Source: Octopus sinensis (Eukaryota). From it: 39,057 nt of DNA. The position numbers and the translations under genes were made by a program. The stretch is from assembly GCF_006345805.1 (NCBI RefSeq), contig NW_021835699.1, forward strand, positions 1 to 39,057. Reading direction: 5' to 3'. The notes beneath the pieces are model-generated. The model was not told the DNA's origin and ran no database searches. It was given only the letters and a program-made list of their open reading frames with translations. Of the stretch, positions 1 to 10,754 are shown in pieces (the stretch's first letter is position 1; every line of letters starts with the position of its first letter).

Positions 1-17
1 AGAATTATCTGGTCAAA

Positions 18-530
18 GGCGGCGAGCTGGCAGAAATGTTTGCACGCCGGGCGAAATGCTTAGCGGTATTTCGTCTGCCGTTACGTTCTGAGTTCAAATT
101 ACGTCGAGGTCGACTTTGCCTTTCATCCTTTCGGAGTCGATAAATTAAGTACCAGTTACGCACTGAGGTCGATGTAAGTGACTTAATCCGTTTGTCTGTC
201 CTTGTTTGTCCTCTCTGTGTTTAACCCCTTGTGGGTAGTAAACAAATAGGTATTTCGTCCGTCGCTACGTTCTGAGTTCAAATTCCGCCGAGGTCGACTT
301 TGCCTTTCACCCTTTCGGGGTCGATTAAATAAGTACCAGTTACGCACTGCGGTCGCTATAATCGATTTAATCCGTGTGTCTGTCCTTGTTTGTCCTCTCT
401 GAGTTTAGCCCCTTGTGGGTAGTAAAGAAATAGGTATTTCGTCTGTCGCTACGTTCTGAGTTCAAATTCCGCCGAGGTCGACTTTGCCTTTCATCCTTTC
501 GGGGTCGATTAAATAAGTACCAGTTATGCA
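18..530 (+). mobile_element. SINE type A (tRNA-like head) with ~2.5 internal 184-bp units
   Basis: Head GGCGGCGAGCTGGCAGAA; B-box-like GAGTTCAAATTCC; unit starts GGTATTTCG at 65, 249 and 433; about ten related copies in the window. Confidence 0.9.
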
Positions 531-544
531 ATCAAGGTGGTCTA

Positions 545-900
545 CTTTGGTATCTCTAGAGATCGAAATGAAGCGTGCTTCTTCTGGTCAGATATAACTC
601 AAAGAACTCGGAATTTAAAAAAACTGGGATTTCACAAGTTCTTATGTATATACTTAACTTATCCTAATTACTTAGTAAAAAGAAATAGATACACGTAAAG
701 ACATATATTCTCCCATTCATATAAATCTCTACAGAATTGTATATATTAGATGTTTCTTAAAAGAAATCTCTCCAGAGCAACTGGAAGCAACTCGAACGCG
801 GTATACTACGAGAAAATAACGTAACAACCAATGTCTCACCAATTATAAAATTTACACCAGATGTGTCGGCATCGAAGGAATTTAATTGTTCAGTTAGTTC
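545..900 (+). mobile_element. Decayed Penelope-like element, GIY-YIG C-terminal relic
   Basis: Colinear motifs across frames: NRYT*RH, STELYI (728-745), CRHRRNL (864-884), versus remembered PLE consensus RYNNH..STELSKYIW..KCRH. Confidence 0.55.
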
Positions 901-1307
901 TCCTATTGGTTTTCTATTCTCCAAACTTACGATGGTCTGCTTTTAAGAATAAGACACTTTTATGTCTGAACGTGTGATGGTGAGAAAATATATACATTTG
1001 AACGGCAATGGTTGCATTTAAGCTCCGGGAAGCAAAAATTTAACGGCTGCATAAATGTCACAAAGACAATTAAATCGTACGATGTTACGTTAAAACGTAT
1101 CACATGTACTTTACAGGCTGAAGATCTAATTTATGTAATCGGTCACAAGACAATATCGTTTATGCATCTGCACGTCCTCGTCCTCCATTTTCAAAAGAAA
1201 GTTGCTTATGCATAGACATGTAATACCCACACACACATACATACATACATATATGCGCACATATATGTGTGCGTGTGTGTATATACATATAAATATATAT
1301 ATATATA

Positions 1308-1601
1308 TCACCGTGATCACCGTGACCGACCAGGCTATCAGATGTTGCTACACATCGCTGATCACAATGCGCTATGCATTGTTTTAGCCTTAAAATGACG
1401 CCACCCCGCTGGCTAAGCGAGCAGGCCGACAGAAGAAAGAGAGAGAGAAAGTTGTGGCGAAAGAGTACAGCAGGGATGGCCACCACCACCCTGCCGGAGT
1501 CTCGTGGAGCTTTAGGTGCTTTCGCTCAATAAACACTCACAGCGTCCGGTCTGGGAATCGAAATCGCGATTCTACGACCGCGAGTCCGCTGCCCTAACCA
1601 C
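1308..1601 (-). mobile_element. SINE type C (tRNA-derived), head slightly truncated
   Basis: Near-identical to 31592-31897 and 33982-34292; ends in TCACGGTGA repeats. Confidence 0.9.
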
Positions 1602-1639
1602 ACACAGAAAAAGCATAACTGCAATCCAATATATATATA

Positions 1640-1682
<43 letters not shown>

Positions 1683-1730
1683 CTCATATACACACGTATT
1701 TGCGTGCACTCATATACACACACACAGACA

Positions 1731-1948
1731 CGAGGGTGGGTTGAAAAGATGTTGGCTTTGCGTAAAAGAAAATACAGGAAGATCAGTTCATTGTGGTTTT
1801 ACTCAACATATTCCCCTCTCAGGTTATCAGACTTATTGCAGCGGTCGTTCAGTTTTACAAAACCCTGTAAAAAAAGACTCAGAAGGTTGGGCCTCTAACG
1901 AGGCCTTTCGTGACACCTTTAAAGCTAGGAATTTTTCAGTACCCTTTG
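1731..1948 (-). mobile_element. Mariner-derived MITE (~220 bp)
   Basis: Imperfect TIRs CGAGGGTGGGTTGAAAA / TTTTTCAGTACCCTTTG followed by TA; minus strand encodes mariner C-terminus-like LNDRCNKSDNLRGEYVE*; related copies at 3232 and 35357. Confidence 0.8.
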
Positions 1949-2039
1949 TATGCATTATACATATGTAAATATATATATATTATAGCATGAGTTTTCATTT
2001 AAATATTTATGTCTCTGCTATCTCTCACCTTACCTACGA

Positions 2040-2231
2040 ACAAACAAGCGCGTGCGCACACGTACACGCACATGCACACACACACACGCACACACATGTA
2101 TTTACACAAATATATATGAATACAGACTTTTATATACATTTGTATGTGCTTGAATGTGTAAGTGAGTGTTTGTGTGTCTGTGTGTGTGTAATGTATTCTT
2201 TTACTCACCTATTATTAGATTGCAGTTATGC

Positions 2232-2265
<34 letters not shown>

Positions 2266-2545
2266 TGTGCTTGTGTGTGCGTGCGTGCATTCGTGTGTGT
2301 GCGAGCGTGCATTCGTGTGTGTGCGTGTATGTATGTGTGTATTAATAATACATACATATATACATACATATACACACGCACACACACAAACACACACACA
2401 CACACACATCCTTTCCACACACACACATATCCTTCCCATACACACATCCTTCCCACACTCACACATCCTTACCAACACACGCACCATTCTCACAATCACG
2501 TCCTTCTCACATATAAACACTCACTCACTCAAATACACACTTCTA
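2040..2545. repeat. Compound (CA)n/(TG)n microsatellite region
   Basis: Directly visible; source of the CV/HT-rich ORFs. Confidence 0.95.
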
Positions 2546-3231
2546 TCCAAAACAATACTTCATAATATTACATCATAAAGCAACTCGGGAACGTAGATGT
2601 TTCCAAAGAACAGATAAGAAAGCAAAGAGAAAAAGATGAAAAAAAATATATATAAGGAAAAGGAAAAAGCTCGAAGTCAAAACAGTGATGTACATATTTA
2701 CTACCATCAGTGGTACTACCATTCCTTCATTCCGAGTATGTCTGTCAAACGCTATATCAGAAGAACCGTATTCCATGGCATCATGATTGATGGTTCTTTT
2801 GATCACATTGGGTGAAACTGATCTTGAATCATGTTCGAACTCATTCTTACACAGCATGTAGGTGTGTAAAACGCATGTCTTTGAAATACGTTCCGTATAT
2901 TGTGTCCTTCCCAATCAGTCCAGACGAATACATGTACAAACATATCATAAACGCAAGCACAAACACACACACACACGCACATGTACACAAGCACGCATCA
3001 TATATACACAGACACACACATACACAGAAAAAAATGTACGTTCATTCTGTTTCCTGTTTCTCGTAAGCGTTGTTGTGCAATAAAGATGTTTGTTACGCAA
3101 CCACGCGAATTTCATGTCCGATCCTAATACTCGGCACCTTGGACGAATGGCTGCTGCTATAGCCTTGTTATCAATTTGGTAAATGGAAACTGTATAGAAG
3201 ACAGTGGGATACCTACATACATGCACACATA

Positions 3232-3448
3232 CAGAGGGGATTCTGTAAATGTTTCTGGCTTTGGGTAAAAAGATAATATAGGAAGATCGGTTAATTATGT
3301 TTCTATTCAACATATTCCCCTCTCAGATTCACAAACTTATTGCAGCGGTCCTTCGGGTTTTCTAAGCCCTGTAAAAGAAATCGGAATATTTGGCCTCCAG
3401 TTAGGCCTCTTGTGATACTCTTACAGCCAGGAACATTTCAGCACCCCT

Positions 3449-3450
<2 letters not shown>
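3232..3450 (-). mobile_element. Mariner-derived MITE, copy 2
   Basis: Colinear with 1731-1948; starts after TA, ends TTTCAGCACCCCTC. Confidence 0.8.
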
Positions 3451-3520
<70 letters not shown>

Positions 3521-3529
3521 ACACACACA

Positions 3530-3915
3530 CGCTCTTGAAACCAATTAAAATAATTTTGCTTTCTTTCAGACCCGCCGTGGCCGATAAAATGATAACGCAA
3601 GAAATGAAATAGCATGAAGGCATAGTTGCCATATATACACTTGACTTCGGCCTTATTTGTTCTTGTTAATGATGGACACTCGACATCTCGAGATATGAAC
3701 AAGGGTAAATTTTGCTTTTTGCGGCCCGTGTTCGAACCCTACCGACACCAACCGTGACTTTCATTCCATCTTTAAAACATTGTTATTGCCTATTTACATT
3801 TTGTCAACGAACAATGTGCACAGGAAATTCAGTAATTGATCATTCGAATGAGGTAAATATGTCTAGCAAAAAAAGGGATCCGTCACTCCTTGAACTCTCT
3901 TGTAATTTGTAACAC
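3530..3915 (-). mobile_element. Decayed Penelope-like element relic (linker/GIY-YIG start)
   Basis: Minus-strand colinear fragments GSLFL, EFPVH, NR.NN.V, PCSY.RDVECP, KAEV, Y-I-G (frameshifted), LRYH. Confidence 0.45.
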
Positions 3916-3931
3916 ATTGCATTCATCCATA

Positions 3932-4190
3932 AAATAAAAAATGCGCCCTTTTTAAAGCCTAGCCAGGCTCATGGGCCCGGTTTCCCGGTTTCTATGGCGT
4001 ATGTGTTCTCCAGCTGGACGGGACGCCAGTCCATCGCAGCTTTACTTATTTTTGCCAGCTGAGTGGACTGCAGCAACGTGAATTGAATTGTTTTGCTCGA
4101 GAACACAACGCGTCGCCCGGTCCAGAAATCGAAACCAAAATCTTACGATCATGATGCTGTCACCCTAACCACTAAGCCACGCGCCTCCAC
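3932..4190 (-). mobile_element. SINE type E (tRNA-derived)
   Basis: A-box TGGCTTAGTGG and B-box GGTTTCGATTTC on the minus strand; 13-bp TSD GCATTCATCCATA (3919-3931 / 4191-4203). Confidence 0.88.
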
Positions 4191-4391
4191 GCATTCATCC
4201 ATACATGTACGTTATCTTCTGGTCATTTTTCTCGTCTTCTCTTGATAGCAGTTTTTTTTTAGCTACTCTGTATATTCGCCTTCCTGTCTCTCTCTCTGTT
4301 TTTTTTTTCTCTCTTTCTTTCTGTTTCGCATTTTCATTCTCTATCTCTCTGTCCATTTCTACTTTTCTCTATATTGCTCCATCTTTTTCTC

Positions 4392-4430
<39 letters not shown>

Positions 4431-4525
4431 CAGTCTCTTAGTGTGTGTGTGTTTCTACGCTAACTTAACATAGTCTACTCCATCTATATCTATATTATCG
4501 AGCCACATCTTTTACTTAGCCTCTC

Positions 4526-4880
4526 TTTTACTCTTTTATTGTTTCAGTCATGTGACTGTGGTCATGCTGGAGCACCGCCTTTAGTCGAGCAAATCGACTA
4601 CAGGACTTAATCTTTGTAAGCCTAGTACTTATTCTATCGGTTGTCAAGCGATGTTGGGGGGGGGGACAAAGACACACAAACGTATACACACACATACATA
4701 AATATATAACATATATACGACGGGCTTCTTTCAGTTTCCGTCTACCAAATCCACTCATAAGGCTTTGGTCGGCCCGACGCTAGAGTAGCAGACACTTGCC
4801 CAAGGTGTCACGCAATGGGACTGAACCCGGAACCATGTGTTTCGTAAGCAGGCTACTTACCACACAGCCACTCCTACGCC
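4526..4880 (-). mobile_element. SINE type B with ~50-bp internal deletion
   Basis: Matches 27969-28372 and 34403-34871; the deletion lies between two ATCGGT direct repeats. Confidence 0.9.
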
Positions 4881-5000
4881 TCTATTCATAAATTTCCCAA
4901 AACCTTTTACTTCTTTTCTATGTCAAATTGCGTCGGATTCATTTTTAACACTCAGTACCACAGAATTCCAAACTCTCACTTGATCACATCCTTTCACCAG
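4881..5000 (-). mobile_element. Possible CR1/L2-type LINE 3' ORF relic
   Basis: Minus-strand VRVWNSV...ESDAI*HRKEV...KFMN resembles the RVV.LWNSLP...FKK.LDKFM C-terminus. Confidence 0.35.
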
Positions 5001-5170
5001 TTCTTCATTTTTCCAAATCTCTCATAAATTTTAAGAGATTTCTATGTTCAAATATCTATTAGTATAAGAAAACCTGTAAGATAATATATAAAGAAAAAGA
5101 AAATTTCAATTACAATTTTCTAGATACTATGATATTGATAAAAATACAAAAAAAAGGAGAATCCAGCAAA

Positions 5171-5218
5171 CATCATCAACATCCTCCTCCTCCTCATCAT
5201 CATCATCATCATCATCAT

Positions 5219-5278
<60 letters not shown>

Positions 5279-5391
5279 TATTATTATTATTATTGTTGTT
5301 GTTGTTGTTGTTGTTGCTATTATTATTATTATTATTACTATTATTATTGTTGTTGTTGTTGTTGCTATTATTATTATTATTATTATTATAA

Positions 5392-5422
<31 letters not shown>

Positions 5423-5436
5423 CATTATTATTATTA

Positions 5437-5521
<85 letters not shown>

Positions 5522-5547
5522 CATCATCATCATCATCATCATCGTCA

Positions 5548-5583
<36 letters not shown>
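5171..5583. repeat. Compound trinucleotide array (CAT/CCT/CAC/TAT/TGT)
   Basis: Directly visible, single triplet phase throughout. Confidence 0.95.
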
Positions 5584-5805
5584 GCATTGCCGTGTTGTTT
5601 CTGATAATTTTTTTTTTGAAAAATAAAAAATTTAAAAAAAAAAACAGCATGACTTTGCTTTCATTTATTTTGTTCTACAGAGTCGTGTTGTGTCCGTGGC
5701 AATAAATTATTTCGCTGATATCCTTCAGTAAATATTTATGATATGTAAATATCGTGCCACAAGATAACACATGATGATGATAAGCGATATCGTTTATTAT
5801 CATTC

Positions 5806-5870
<65 letters not shown>

Positions 5871-5938
5871 CATACATATATACATATGTAGATATATATA
5901 CTTACTTTTTTCTTTGATGATTATTATTATTATTTTTA

Positions 5939-6002
<64 letters not shown>

Positions 6003-6106
6003 GTTATTTGATAACTTTCTACTATCAGTTTCATGTGCTGAGAATTTTCCGGTAATGTTTACAGTTTTGCATTATGTAATATTAAATGATATTATCTAAT
6101 TAATAC

Positions 6107-6140
<34 letters not shown>

Positions 6141-6159
6141 AATAATAATAATAATAAAA

Positions 6160-6555
6160 AACTGCTTGAATTTTACGTATCATACACATGTTGTCAAAAG
6201 TTGTTTTGCCAAATGCAATTTCTCGGCGAACACTTTGCAACGGGAGCTTGTGAATGGAAGAGTTCGAATGATATAAGCCTATCATTAAGGGGACTGGGCG
6301 TTTGAATTCCGTCTCTTAAGTGACGCATTACATATAGCCAATCTTGTGTGTTTCCAGACACGATTGATCGCTACCATACTAAATACTTCCGTTTTATTCC
6401 TTCCTATGCCAAACACCAGCCAAAAGATATTACAGAATCTAGTATCTAATTTTTGGTGAACCGAATCGAAGAACTAGATTCACAAGCACCAAGGACGATT
6501 AATTCCTTGAATAATATTCTTGTTACAAATTGTTGGATATCTTAAGTCAACAATG
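6160..6555 (+). mobile_element. Decayed Penelope-like element relic
   Basis: VSYTC (6177-6191), CEWKSSND..LRG, TKYFR, versus consensus VSYSC..CNCR..CPL.G..KTYIG. Confidence 0.4.
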
Positions 6556-6569
6556 AATGAACGGACTAA

Positions 6570-7288
6570 GGCGGTGAGCTGACAGAAACGTCAGCACGCC
6601 GGGCGGAATGCTTAGCGGTATTTCGTCTGCCCTTACGTTCTGAGTTCAAATTACGCCGAGGTCGACTTTGCCTTTCATCCTTTCGGGGGTCGATAAATTA
6701 AGCACCAGTTACGCACTGGGGTCGATGTAATCGGCTTAATCCGTTTGTCTGTTCTTGTTTGTCCCCTCTGTGTTTAGCCCCTTGTGGGTAGTAAAGAAAT
6801 AGGTATTTCGTCTGTTTTTTTATGTTCTGGACTTTGCCTTTCATCCTTTCGGGTTCAATAAATTAAGTACCAGTTGCGTACTGGGATCGATCTAATCGAC
6901 TGGCTCCCTTCCAAAACCTTGTGAGTGGATTTGGTGGACGGAAAATGTGTGTGTGTGTGTGTGTGCCTTTGTGTCTGCTTGACAACAGGTTCTGGTGTGT
7001 TTACGTCCCGTAACTTAACCGTTCTGCAAGAAGATATCGATGGAATAAGTATCAGGCTTTACAAAAAATAATAAGCACTAGTGTCGATTCATTCGACTAA
7101 AGGCGGTGTCCCGGTGAGGCAGGGACACCGATGAGGCAGGGACACCGATGAGGCAGGGACACCGATGAGGCAGGGACACCGATGAGGCAGGACACCGATG
7201 AGGCAGGGACACCGATGAGGCAGGGACACCGATGAGGCAGGGACACCGGTGCGTCTAATGACTGAAACACGTAACAAATAAATAAAAA
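6570..7288 (+). mobile_element. Chimeric SINE: type A head plus ~1.5 units joined to a type B body/tail
   Basis: A sequence to ~6915, then CCTTGTGAGTGGATTTGG and the B-type tail containing a 17-bp minisatellite. Confidence 0.8.
7115..7249 (+). repeat. 17-bp minisatellite TGAGGCAGGGACACCGA x8
   Basis: Eight near-perfect units; unit 5 is 16 bp. Confidence 0.97.
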
Positions 7289-7332
7289 ATATCGTTGAGG
7301 AGTCTCTGTGAGACAAAATACTATAACTAGCG

Positions 7333-7537
7333 CTGTGTGTGTGTGTGTGTGTGTGTGTATGTTTGTGTGTCTGTGTTTGTCCCCCAACATCGCTTGACAA
7401 CCGACGCTGGTGTGTTTACGTCCCCGTAACTTAGCGGTTCCGCAAGAGACACCGATAGAATAAGTACTAGGCTTCCAAAGAATAAGTCATGGGATCGATT
7501 GGAGGCAGTCAAATGACTGAAACAAGTAAAAGAATAA
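7333..7537 (+). mobile_element. SINE type B 3' half
   Basis: (TG)n-GTCCCCCAACATCGCTTGAC...AATGACTGAAACAAGTAAAAGA. Confidence 0.88.
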
Positions 7538-7704
7538 ATGTTGAACGATCTTCTGATAATGTTGAGCCGTCTGTGACTGAAATTGAGCGGGCTTTGCCTA
7601 ACGTTGAGCAGGCTATGCTGAACGTTAAGTAAACTTCGTTAAAGACCGATCGCTGTTGATCAAATCTTGTTCAATTTCCAGAAAAGTTTGTCCAGTATTG
7701 AATA
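7537..7704 (+). repeat. Cryptic degenerate 21-bp tandem repeat (~8 units)
   Basis: AATGTTGAA/AATGTTGAG/GAAATTGAG/AACGTTGAG/AACGTTAAG at 7537, 7558, 7579, 7600, 7621; weaker units to 7704. Confidence 0.7.
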
Positions 7705-8009
7705 ACAAAAGTTCAACGTACTTTTTGATAGAACTAGTTTTGAGCAACGTCAATTACAATTTGATGTAATACCAATTTAGTAGATTCCATATGATATTGG
7801 AAATTGGTTATTTGTGGGTGAAATATTTGGATTCGAGTAGAATATTAACAATCAGTTTGGCGGCAAACTTTCTCATTTTACATATCAGATGTATATCTGA
7901 GCCTTACCAGTTTATATTGATATTGGCATTCTGATGCAAGCGACTGCACTACATTTAGAAGTGCCATACATTTTCATATTAAATTATAATATTCATCGAT
8001 ATTCAACGA

Positions 8010-8140
8010 CAGGCATTTCTGTGTGGTTAAGAAGCTTGGTTCCCAGTCGCGTGGTTCCAAGTTCAGTCCTACTGCGTTGCACCTTGGGCAAGTGTTTTCT
8101 ACAATTGCCTAGGGCCGACCAAAGCTTTGTGAGTGGATTT
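8010..8140 (+). mobile_element. SINE type B head fragment (diverged)
   Basis: GTTCAGTCCTACTGCGTTGCACCTTGGGCAAGTG...GCCGACCAAAGC. Confidence 0.8.
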
Positions 8141-8151
8141 AATAGATGCGC

Positions 8152-8223
8152 ACGGCATATGGCGTAGTGGTTAAGAGCACGGGCTACTAAACCTAAGATT
8201 CCGAGTTCGATTCCAGGCAGTGA

Positions 8224-8308
<85 letters not shown>

Positions 8309-8524
8309 TAATTTTCTGGGACCCAGAAATTCTAACTGGGTCCCACCTGCAAGGTCATGTGCTGTTTATCTTGATATGAGATCACCATGTTGCGCACATA
8401 TGGCTGTGATGCAAGTGCCTAGTGTACCCTTATCGGACGGGTAGTCATGATGGGTATACTGGGCTTCGTATAAATTACCCCAGTGTCACTTTGATGGCAT
8501 GCACTACTCTCTCACTCAATAATG

Positions 8525-8592
<68 letters not shown>

Positions 8593-8830
8593 AAGAAAAA
8601 GAAAAAGAAGAAGAAGAAGAAGAAGAAGAAGAGAAGAAGAAGAAGAAGAAGAAGAAGAAGAAGAAGAAGAAGAAGAAGAAGAAGAAGAAAATTCTCCAAG
8701 ACACCCGATAAAAGCTGGGGGTGGGGTATATCAGCCGAAACGTTGTGTTAACAACATACAAGATGAGGACAAATATCCGTCAAATGTAAATAATGTACAT
8801 AATTCCTCATTTCTTAAATATAGAATTGTA
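8152..8830 (+). mobile_element. Composite element: tRNA-like head - (AAT)n - inserted module - (AAT)n(GAA)n - hammerhead-like tail
   Basis: A-box TGGCGTAGTGG (8160-8170); B-box GAGTTCGATTCC (8203-8214); tail motif at 8701-8748. Confidence 0.6.
8701..8748 (+). ncRNA. Degenerate minimal type I hammerhead ribozyme (probably inactive)
   Basis: ACAC-CCGATAA(core CUGAUGA with 2 changes)-GCTG..CAGC stem II-GAAA-CGTT(palindromic AACGTT stem III)-GTGT stem I. Confidence 0.55.
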
Positions 8831-8849
8831 CTATCATATAGGTTGCAGT

Positions 8850-9356
8850 AGGAAACCCGAGCCTGGTGTATTTTGTTTTTCAGCTACTCCATTTAGTAGA
8901 TTCTGGTTGTGGCTAAGGCGAGGGCGGCCATCTTAGATTCAGAAGGCATATGAAAGCCATTTGACAGCAATAGTATAGCACTTGGACACTCGGTGTTAGC
9001 AAGTAATAAAGCCATTGATACTTGTACCTTAGGTTGGATGTGTGTGTCTGTACGGAGTGTAGGGTTTTAAACGCCATGTTATCGTAAAGCTTTGCAAATT
9101 TGTAAGGATGTTTTGGGGTTGACTGTCATATTGCGTGGTGGTAGAAACAATTAAAGTTAGAAATTGATTTAATTTGATATATATTTTTTTGCACGCGTGT
9201 GTGTGTGTGTGTATATATGTGTGTGTGTATTCATGTGTGTGTGTGTGTGTGTGTATTCGTGCGCCCGAAAAAAATTTATTTGACATGCATTTATATGTGT
9301 GTCTGTTCGTGTGCATGTGTGCTCGTGTGTGTGTGTGTGTATGCTCGTGTGTGTGC

Positions 9357-9392
<36 letters not shown>

Positions 9393-9700
9393 GTGTGTGT
9401 GTGCGTGTGTTTGTGTGCTCGTGTGTGTGTGTGTGCGTGTGTTTGTGAAACTGATAAAATGAATACAATTTACGATATAAATTAATTTGATTTTGATCAA
9501 AATGCCATCGACATCAGAGCGAAATATCTCATTACAATTCACATACGTTTAGCATCTCTTGCAGTCACTCACTCCTACTCCGTTTGTTGTGTTAGTTTCT
9601 CTCATTTCAAATGTAAAAAGACAAACTGAAAAACTAAGCAGAAACGCTGTTTTAGGAAGGGAGTAGAAACGCTATGAAAGAAATGCAAATAAACGACTGC
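8850..9700 (-). mobile_element. Decayed Penelope-like element relic (RT core/thumb)
   Basis: DAK-VCEL (about 9535-9556), IFRSDVDG, YTPYR (9047-9061), versus DGAEVCEL..LYRDDG..YKPYR; may continue at 7760-8000 (INW motif). Confidence 0.5.
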
Positions 9701-9769
9701 AGTTTGTGTAGAATGCGTTATAAAAGTATAATAAATCTTATAAACTGCACATGGCTCAACTTTTTTAGC

Positions 9770-10317
9770 GGGAGGGGGGTCTGTCGATTAGATCGAACCC
9801 AGTACGCAATTGGTGTTTAATTTATCGAACCCGAAAGGATGAAAGGCAAAGTTGACCTCGGTGGAATTTGAACTCAGAACGTAACGGCAGACGAAATCCC
9901 CATTTCGTATTTCTTTGCTGCCCACAAGGGGCTACACACAGAGGACAAACAACGACAGATAAACGGATTAAGTCGATTATAGCGACCCCAGTGCGTAACT
10001 GGTACTTATTTAATCCATCCCGAAAAGATGAAAGGCAAAGTCGACCTCGGCGGAATTTGAACTCACGTAAAGACTGAGGAAATACCTATTTCTTTACTAC
10101 CCACAAGGGGCTAAACACAGAGAGGAGAAACAAGGACAGACAAACGGATTAAGTCGATTATATCGACCCCAGTGCGTAACTGGTACTTATTTAATCGACC
10201 CCGAAAGGATGAAAGGCAAATTCGACCTCGCTGGAATTTGAACTCTGAACGTAAAGATAGACGAAATACCGCTAAGCATTTCGCCCAGTGTGCTAACGTT
10301 TCTGCCAGCACACCACC
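9770..10317 (-). mobile_element. SINE type A, three units, alternative tail
   Basis: Head at 10317; three B-box-containing units; last unit has GATCTAATCGAC. Confidence 0.88.
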
Positions 10318-10345
10318 TTAGTAATAATGATAATGATAACAATTG

Positions 10346-10560
10346 ATTCTTTTCTAAGATTGGCACAAGGCTTGAAGTTGCGGAGGAAGGAAATTCGGCA
10401 ATTAATTTGATCTCCCTACTTAGCTAGTACATTATTTTATCGATTCAAGAGGGATGACAAGTAAAGACGACCTCAGCAGGATATGAACACAGAATGTTGA
10501 AAATCGAAACAAATTCTGTAAGGTGTTTCTTCCGACGCGCATACGATTCTATAAATCCAG
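10346..10560 (-). mobile_element. Old diverged type A-like SINE
   Basis: GGCACAAGGC...TTTATCGA...GGATGA...GACCTCAGCAGG..TGAAC aligns loosely to the A monomer with the alternative tail. Confidence 0.6.
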
Positions 10561-10754
10561 CAATGGTATTAATTTTGCTGGCTGTGGTTGTGTGGGTGCT
10601 GCGGGCAATTGGATTTATTCTTTTGTCGTTCCGGCATCCATAGTATCCGGAGTATTATTACTAGTGGTGTAGATAATGAACATATTACTGTTGTTGTGAT
10701 GGGGTGACATCGGGGATCATACCAACACCACCGAAAGTTTTCTTTTAGAAATTT

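Noticed and set aside
2700-2940. Further PLE relic (SPNVIKR..SSDIAFDR, minus strand); similarly 30540-30700
   Set aside because: Too few motifs to distinguish from chance by eye; left for an HMM search.
5655-5770. Splice acceptor (TTTTTGTTCTACAG) with exon, or miRNA-like hairpin
   Set aside because: All frames stop within ~50 nt; the inverted repeat (GTGGCA/TGCCAC) is too imperfect and no known miRNA was recognised.
7115-7249. CRISPR-like array
   Set aside because: Contiguous 17-bp units with no spacers, in a eukaryotic context with no cas genes.
8152-8226. Functional tRNA gene
   Set aside because: A and B boxes are present but the acceptor stem does not pair and there is no oligo-T terminator; it is a SINE head. 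The same applies to the other SINE heads.
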